DNA of 30,209 nt from a virus (Duplodnaviria > Caudoviricetes). Both the position numbers and the translations under genes were made by a program. The notes under the pieces were generated by a model. The model had not been told where the DNA came from. It searched no databases and was given only the letters and a program-made list of their open reading frames with translations. The stretch covers positions 1 through 30,209 of the IMG/VR virus record IMGVR_UViG_3300027986_000024. The stretch is one strand, 5' to 3'. Of this stretch, positions 24,710-30,209 are shown piece after piece (position 1 is the stretch's first letter; each line of letters opens with the position of its first letter).

Positions 24710-25120
24710 TTATCTCTTCCTTATAGTGAAAGCGATCTTGCCTTCAACCAACGGCGTGAACTCAGCGCCAAGCCATTTCAACCAACGCACTGCGCGAGCG
24801 TCGCCGACTTCGCCGATTAACTCAGGATACTGCTTCAACGCTTCTTCAACATACCGCTGCGCATTGCGAACGAAAAGGAACTTATGTTCGGCGATGATAT
24901 CGGTCGTGATGAGCCAGAGGTAAGCCTGTTCGGAAAGGATCGTCGGTGGGATCAGTCCCCAAACGCAAGCGATCTTTCCATCAATCAACCCGTAGCGGAC
25001 TTCGATACTTCGGTGCAAGCACTCCTTCAACGTCTCCTCAGCACCAGCCACGCCAGCGAAGGGGCTCCGCCGAACCACATCACCAACGCTGATATCCCCA
25101 ACCCGCGCGATCCGAATCAT
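24710..25120 (-). CDS. T7 gp13-like acetyltransferase-fold virion assembly protein
   Basis: GKIACVWG, AYLWLITTD, AVRWLKWLGAEF; ATG 25120 overlaps the tail tube B stop. Confidence 0.8.
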   Translation of the reverse strand: MIRIARVGDISVGDVVRRSPFAGVAGAEETLKECLHRSIEVRYGLIDGKIACVWGLIPPTILSEQAYLWLITTDIIAEHKFLFVRNAQRYVEEALKQYPELIGEVGDARAVRWLKWLGAEFTPLVEGKIAFTIRKR

Positions 25121-28100
25121 TTTGGCGTATCCCCCACCACCACTTCCGGCATCACCCCAAGAATCGTTGCCGGATACGGCAGATTCTGCTGCACGCAGAG
25201 CTGCCCCGGCTCCTGCCAGAGCTGATCGAGGATTTGTCTCGCATCGACTAGCGTCGCGCCGGGATTCCAAGAGGGGTTAACTAGATCGTTCACGACCGCC
25301 ACGCCGTTGCTCTGGGATGGAATCGCGCCGAGTTGCAAATCCTTCACCGTCACCGCGTTAGCAAAGCTAGTCCCAATCTGTAGCCCTAAAGCATCCGCGC
25401 AACGAAGGGTAGCTGCTGGGACTTTCTTCCTCTTGCTCTGGACTGTCGGCTCGCCGAGGTCGAGGGAGAGGGTCATCAGCTGTGGCGTGTACGCCAGCCC
25501 CAACGTCACCTTGGACGCTGCATTCGGCAACGTCACCGTCCCTGAGGCGGAGACAACCAGGGGTCCAACAACAGCGCCATCGGCTACTCCAACCACACTT
25601 TGGCCGACCAACTGCGTCAACCCACTCACCGTAGTAACCGGTTGCCATATTGTCCACTCGAATGGTTGTGCGGGGTAGGGCACCCCGGTGTAGGGGTTGA
25701 TGTCTTGAAAGGCGCGGGTGATAGTACAGGTGTAGGTGGAGGAGTTAATGACGTTAGTGATAACCGCTACGCCGCCACCAAAGCGAAAGACCCAGCCAGC
25801 GAGGAAGGAAGAGTTATCGGAAGTGGTGAAGGTCGCGCCAGGGCCAACTGCGCCGGTTGAAGCAGTGACGGTGGCATTATAGTCAACTAAGCCGCCGGGA
25901 TTGACGTTGCTTGAGAGCGGTTGCGTTTGTAGGGCACAATCGACGGACCAGGAATCCTCGTAGCCGTAAGGGAAGTACCGATCCGCCATCCGCTCAACGT
26001 AAGAGACGGTAACGCCGTTGATCTGGCGTTGGACGATAACGTAGACCGCGTCCACTACTCCGCTTGCTACCGTCTCCACAACCGAGCAGACGGAGGTGAA
26101 CTGCCCGTTGGTATCATGATGCGCCCAGCCGATTAGCTCTTGCTCCTTCACGTAAGTGAGCGAGAGCATAATCCCATCCTCGCGGATGACCCAAGCAGTT
26201 TTGAACGGTTCTTCCGACCAAGCCCAATCAAGAAGGAAATGACCGAAGAAGAGGTGATTGGAGAGGACCGTGATATCCGATCCGGTGAAGATGTTCGCGT
26301 AGATGTTGTAACTCGCTTCGCGGATATAACTCCCTTTGAAGGTGCCGAAGAGGAAGTTATCCGCGACCTTCAACGGAGCAAGATCGCTGGAGCCATTGAA
26401 GGCTTGCGCTGTCGCGGCTACATCAGACGGGGTGATTGGATTCGAGGTGGAGAGGCCCCCACCGCCGTTGAGTAGCCACGCGCCCTTTCCAGTCAGGGCG
26501 AGCAACCCCGTTGGGACGTTGAGGAGATTCTTGATATCGTTCAACTGATCCGAAATAATCGAACCGAATATCCCGTCATCCGACTCGATCGGATTGCTGG
26601 TATTGAAGTTAAAGAAGCTCCCTGGCTGCGACATATAGAAGGATTGCAACGCAGCGTTGGGACCGGCAAGGACGAGGCGCTCTTGGAAGAAATTCGGCAC
26701 ACGAGGGTTGCCAACTGGCGCTGCGGCTTGAGCGCCTGAGCCAGAGCCAGAGATTGGAGTGACTGTCGCAGTCGCTGTAGCAGCGCCAGAGGTGAAGGTC
26801 ACTGCCGGAGCGGAGGTGTAACCGAAGCCGCCTTGGATCAGCGTAAGCGCGCTGATATCCCAAGTAAGATTGAAGGTTGGTGGAGTGACTAAGCTTCCGG
26901 AGCTAACCGCTAAAGCGGTAACCGGATTCGTTGGAACGCTTCCGGAGGTGGCTGATCCCGGATTGGCGATTGATACGCTAGTAATGGCAAAGGCACCGTT
27001 GATGGTTTCTATTGTTAGGATAATGCCCCCGGGTAGGGTTAAGGTAGAGCCTGTGGTGGTCGAGCGGCTTACCTGTCCACCATTGACAATCGCAACTGAG
27101 ACAACGCCGAGAGAAGCGAAAGCGGTAGCGGTAAACCCACCTGCTGGCGCGGCTGCAATTTCAACGCCGGGGACGACGGTATAGTTATCATTCCCGGTCA
27201 ACCTTAATCTGTTAACCATTCCCCCAACGATCGGGCTCGCGATAATCGGCGGGCATTGCGAGAAGTCTGGATTGATACCGGGATAAGCATCAATGAACTT
27301 CACCCCGGTTACGTTTCCAACAAAACCGAATTGGCTTCCTGTAGGTGGCGCCGCGCCAAAGTTGGGGGAGGTCTTGTAGACGTTGTAGCTAACCGCGCCA
27401 GGAGCAGCAGTCCAAGAGACAGAGTTCTGTCCTTGAGTGGAACCAATGTAGTTTATTGGGCCGAGAGTAGTTGTTGACGACGGAACGCTTTCTTGCCCAT
27501 TGTTATCGACAGAGGTGACGAGATACCTATAGTACCAATGATCCGCGCTAAAGGAGGTCGCGGAGGTAACGTTAGTTGGTGCAGCGACGCTTGGACCGAA
27601 GTTGATCGCGGTTAGGGACCAATTATCTGGAGTGTCGATCGTGAGTATCTGCGGAGGGTAGCTCGGATGGCAGATGATGAGTGAGGTTACGTCTTGGACG
27701 AATTTGATTCCCGGGTTGCCGGTTTGCTGATTGGGAAAGAGGTCGCTGGTGATGTAGGGGGAGGCGATGGTATAAACCCGCTGAGCGGTGCCACCAGAGG
27801 TGTAGGTGCCGAAGAGAGTAGTGTCGATCGCGTTGCCGAAGAGATCGGTGAGGGTGAAGGTGTTGGTCGTGACGTTCTGGACGATGTAGTAATTGCCGTT
27901 CAGTTGCGTCATTCCGCCAACGCCAGAGATGAAGACCCAGTCGTTGTTGTTGTAGCCGTGAGCGTTGTCGGTGATAACGCCAGGGTTAGCGTTGGTCGCG
28001 CCGGATATCGTCGTTGCGACTTCAAGGATCGGCGCGCCGTTGGAATAGAAGCGAATGTAGTTCTGGCCAAACTCTAGAACGTAAGAGATGGTTGTAGAGG

Positions 28101-28314
28101 GTTGGAAGCCGACAAGCCGAGCGCCAGCGGAGAGGCATTGATTGACGAACATCGTCCCCTGGCGGGTGGAAGCACCACCGCCGGAGTAGTCAACGAAGAA
28201 GTTACGAAGCAGCGCAGCGCCAGCGTGATACTTCTGCACATCCACGCGCGAGCGGAGCTTCGGCGCCCATTCACCGGATGCAAAGGAGGTTTTGATTGTG
28301 GGCTGGGCTGACAT
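25117..28314 (-). CDS. tail tubular protein B (nozzle, gp12-like) with inserted accessory domains
   Basis: SFASGEWAPKLRSRVD..Y...LRNF, FFQERLVLAG, EQELIGWAHH, YVERM, VTLGLAY, QNLPYPATIL. Confidence 0.88.
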   Translation of the reverse strand: MSAQPTIKTSFASGEWAPKLRSRVDVQKYHAGAALLRNFFVDYSGGGASTRQGTMFVNQCLSAGARLVGFQPSTTISYVLEFGQNYIRFYSNGAPILEVATTISGATNANPGVITDNAHGYNNNDWVFISGVGGMTQLNGNYYIVQNVTTNTFTLTDLFGNAIDTTLFGTYTSGGTAQRVYTIASPYITSDLFPNQQTGNPGIKFVQDVTSLIICHPSYPPQILTIDTPDNWSLTAINFGPSVAAPTNVTSATSFSADHWYYRYLVTSVDNNGQESVPSSTTTLGPINYIGSTQGQNSVSWTAAPGAVSYNVYKTSPNFGAAPPTGSQFGFVGNVTGVKFIDAYPGINPDFSQCPPIIASPIVGGMVNRLRLTGNDNYTVVPGVEIAAAPAGGFTATAFASLGVVSVAIVNGGQVSRSTTTGSTLTLPGGIILTIETINGAFAITSVSIANPGSATSGSVPTNPVTALAVSSGSLVTPPTFNLTWDISALTLIQGGFGYTSAPAVTFTSGAATATATVTPISGSGSGAQAAAPVGNPRVPNFFQERLVLAGPNAALQSFYMSQPGSFFNFNTSNPIESDDGIFGSIISDQLNDIKNLLNVPTGLLALTGKGAWLLNGGGGLSTSNPITPSDVAATAQAFNGSSDLAPLKVADNFLFGTFKGSYIREASYNIYANIFTGSDITVLSNHLFFGHFLLDWAWSEEPFKTAWVIREDGIMLSLTYVKEQELIGWAHHDTNGQFTSVCSVVETVASGVVDAVYVIVQRQINGVTVSYVERMADRYFPYGYEDSWSVDCALQTQPLSSNVNPGGLVDYNATVTASTGAVGPGATFTTSDNSSFLAGWVFRFGGGVAVITNVINSSTYTCTITRAFQDINPYTGVPYPAQPFEWTIWQPVTTVSGLTQLVGQSVVGVADGAVVGPLVVSASGTVTLPNAASKVTLGLAYTPQLMTLSLDLGEPTVQSKRKKVPAATLRCADALGLQIGTSFANAVTVKDLQLGAIPSQSNGVAVVNDLVNPSWNPGATLVDARQILDQLWQEPGQLCVQQNLPYPATILGVMPEVVVGDTPK

Positions 28315-28775
28315 CAGGCAAATTCGCCAAGTAGATTATGCCTTGCCGCCTGATAGGCTGCTACTGCCTCTTCTGGCGTATCGAATGACCCTAACTCATG
28401 CCTGATACCATCAACGTCTATTCTTGCCCGATATTTTGCCCCATGTACCTCGTAGCCTCTTGCCTCACTATGCGCTGCCGCAAGGTTCTGCGCATGAGTA
28501 CAAAGACGTAAGTTGGAAATTCTATTATCCCATGGCTTGCCGTTTATGTGGTCGATTCGCTCTGGCATGTAGCCGTATATAAAATACCACGCTAATCTAT
28601 GGCCCAGCCATCTCGTACCGAAAAGACCAATCTGCCAATAGCCTATCGTATTAACTCCACCAGCTAGCTGTCCGAGTTTACTAGGTCCTCGTGGATTATT
28701 ATCCTTGATCCAATAGAAATCTCCAGTTTCAGATTCGTACCGAAGAAACTCCTTTGCTTTCAGTAAGGTGACCAT
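28314..28775 (-). CDS. HNH endonuclease with AP2-like DNA-binding domain
   Basis: HRLAWYFIYG, IDHINGKPWDNRISNLR, YRARI...LGSFDTPEEAVAAY...GEFA. Confidence 0.9.
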   Translation of the reverse strand: MVTLLKAKEFLRYESETGDFYWIKDNNPRGPSKLGQLAGGVNTIGYWQIGLFGTRWLGHRLAWYFIYGYMPERIDHINGKPWDNRISNLRLCTHAQNLAAAHSEARGYEVHGAKYRARIDVDGIRHELGSFDTPEEAVAAYQAARHNLLGEFA

Positions 28776-29947
28776 AGAGCCCCCCAGTCAAAGCTCATAT
28801 TTGGGCTATATTCCCAGTTCGGTCCCCCGTAATTCCCACGAATGCGAATGAAATCTGGGGTTACGTCATTGACGGTTATGCCCTCGTTGCCATCGGCCTT
28901 CCTCGCTTCCGAGATCATCGCGTTGGTAACGCCGATCAACTCATTCGACTTTGCCTTATCTCCCGAGAGTTGGAAGCAAATCCTCGCCGCAAGGATATGA
29001 ATCCAAGCATCTTGGAAGAGCGGGTCCATCACATTCGGATCAGTGATCGAGGCGTTGTAGCAGAGGATCGCGCTCTCTTGGTTACAAAGGACCACTCGCT
29101 GCGGGGCGGGGGAAGATGACATTGTGAGATTGAAGGTCGCGCCAGTGCCATTGCTGACTTGGCCATTCGCGCCGATGGCATAGCCTTGCGCGACGGGATT
29201 GGTTGGGGGTTGGTAGTAACTTCCGGAGAGAGTTTGGGTAGTTCCGCCGGAAGGTGAGACATTCTCGTCGAAGACTTGGTTAATCAGCGCGATACCAGTG
29301 ATTGCGCCGCCTCCGCCGATTCCAGTGACCTGAACTAGCGCTGGCGCACCGACGTTCATGGTGAAGGTCTGAGGGGAGAGTTGGTTCGTTAGCGGAGGAT
29401 AGTTCTGGGTGAAGGTGAAGGTCGGCTGCGCGAGGGAGATGATGTCGCCGACGGCATAGCCGGTCCCAGCGGAGGCAACGGCCACGGCAGTAGCAGCGTA
29501 GAACTGATCCGTGCTGACTTTGAACTTCAACGCTGGGCCAGTCCAGCCAATTCCGGCCGCGCCGGTAGCGGTTCCTGACGGGTAGATCGGAGTTCCCCCC
29601 GCGAGCGCGGTGTACTGTGGCATGATAAACCGCGCTCGCAGGCAGTCAACGGGGTATTGGTATTCGTAGGCGTAGGGTGGAGCAGGTGTCCCCGGTTGCC
29701 ACATAGGCGGGCCGCTGCCAGTATTCTCTGGCGTGGTTGGGATTGAGGTAATGTAGTTGAGATTCGCGAATCGAGTCACGCAATCCCACGGCGCCATTCG
29801 GTTTAGTTCGTTCCGGAGATTATAGATAATGAGGTTGACTTGGATTGCCTCGTTCGAGGTCTGATTCGCAAACTCCGTCGCGGTCATGTTCGTCCGCGTG
29901 CCCGCGAGTTGCAGAGCTCGATTGGCGATATCCAAGACAGCGGTCAT
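28760..29947 (-). CDS. tail tubular protein A (gp11-like adaptor) with internal insertion
   Basis: LDIANRALQLAG, PWDC, YAYEYQYPVDCLR, DPLFQDAWIHILAARI, ARKADGNEG; directly upstream of tube B. Confidence 0.85.
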   Translation of the reverse strand: MTAVLDIANRALQLAGTRTNMTATEFANQTSNEAIQVNLIIYNLRNELNRMAPWDCVTRFANLNYITSIPTTPENTGSGPPMWQPGTPAPPYAYEYQYPVDCLRARFIMPQYTALAGGTPIYPSGTATGAAGIGWTGPALKFKVSTDQFYAATAVAVASAGTGYAVGDIISLAQPTFTFTQNYPPLTNQLSPQTFTMNVGAPALVQVTGIGGGGAITGIALINQVFDENVSPSGGTTQTLSGSYYQPPTNPVAQGYAIGANGQVSNGTGATFNLTMSSSPAPQRVVLCNQESAILCYNASITDPNVMDPLFQDAWIHILAARICFQLSGDKAKSNELIGVTNAMISEARKADGNEGITVNDVTPDFIRIRGNYGGPNWEYSPNMSFDWGALWSPY

Positions 29948-30141
29948 TAGTGCTTACCTTGAGTCCCGCAGCAGCCGTGGTTGTCTCCGCCGAGGCCAGG
30001 GCCTTCACGCATTTGGCCGGTTGGGCCCTTCGGGGCGGAGTAAGGAAGGGACTTTGCCTCTGTCACGCCGCCGGAGGTAGCGCGGGGGGCTTGGGGTTTG
30101 TTGGTGTCGGGGCCGTATTCACTCAGAATCGGTCGGCTCAT
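29947..30141 (-). CDS. small Gly/Pro-rich hypothetical protein
   Basis: ATG 30141 after AGGAG; TAATG coupling to tube A. Confidence 0.55.
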   Translation of the reverse strand: MSRPILSEYGPDTNKPQAPRATSGGVTEAKSLPYSAPKGPTGQMREGPGLGGDNHGCCGTQGKH

Positions 30142-30209
30142 CTTTGCTCTCCTGATGTTTGACTTCACTAGCTAGCTTAGCGTGCTGGTCTAGCTCGGCT
30201 AGCGCAGCA

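Noticed and set aside
30168-30202. Four CTAG tetramers within 35 bp at the window edge
   Set aside because: Truncated by the window end; no clear structure or context to interpret.
1-30209. Classification as a T7-like phage with its own RNA polymerase, or as a prophage
   Set aside because: Tail and ejection genes are T7-like in order, but no RNAP, repeated phage promoters, integrase, att site or host genes are visible, and the arms are convergent; lifestyle cannot be determined from this window.

Overview
The window is a 30.2-kb piece of a tailed dsDNA phage genome with podovirus-type (T7 gp11/gp12/gp13-gp16-like) virion genes. The host is probably an alphaproteobacterium of the Hyphomicrobiales, judged from a GcrA homologue and an 'ADLPVKAP' outer-membrane protein. 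There are two convergent arms. The + arm (165-14853) starts at a sigma70-type promoter and carries many small early ORFs, a glycosyltransferase-like/SAM-methyltransferase pair, an SF1 helicase, GcrA-like and MazG-like genes, a Cas4-like nuclease/HNH/P-loop NTPase/SSB module, a family A DNA polymerase split into two genes (UDG+ExoI/II and ExoIII+Pol), and a DUF3987-like AAA+ ATPase. The - arm (30141 down to 14846) carries tail tubular proteins A and B, an HNH-AP2 endonuclease, a gp13-like acetyltransferase, three internal virion/ejection proteins and a lysis cassette with an embedded beta-barrel OMP. Four observations stand out: (1) the polymerase is split inside its proofreading domain, with a Zn-finger minigene between 11-bp direct repeats at the split; (2) a C-terminal KRRKL motif is shared by at least five unrelated early proteins; (3) the PolA has His at the 762 position; (4) the phage carries a GT+MTase cassette and a lysis-linked OMP. 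All calls come from motif recognition by eye; no searches were run. No RNA polymerase, primase, integrase, capsid, portal, terminase, tRNA or CRISPR array was recognised in the window.
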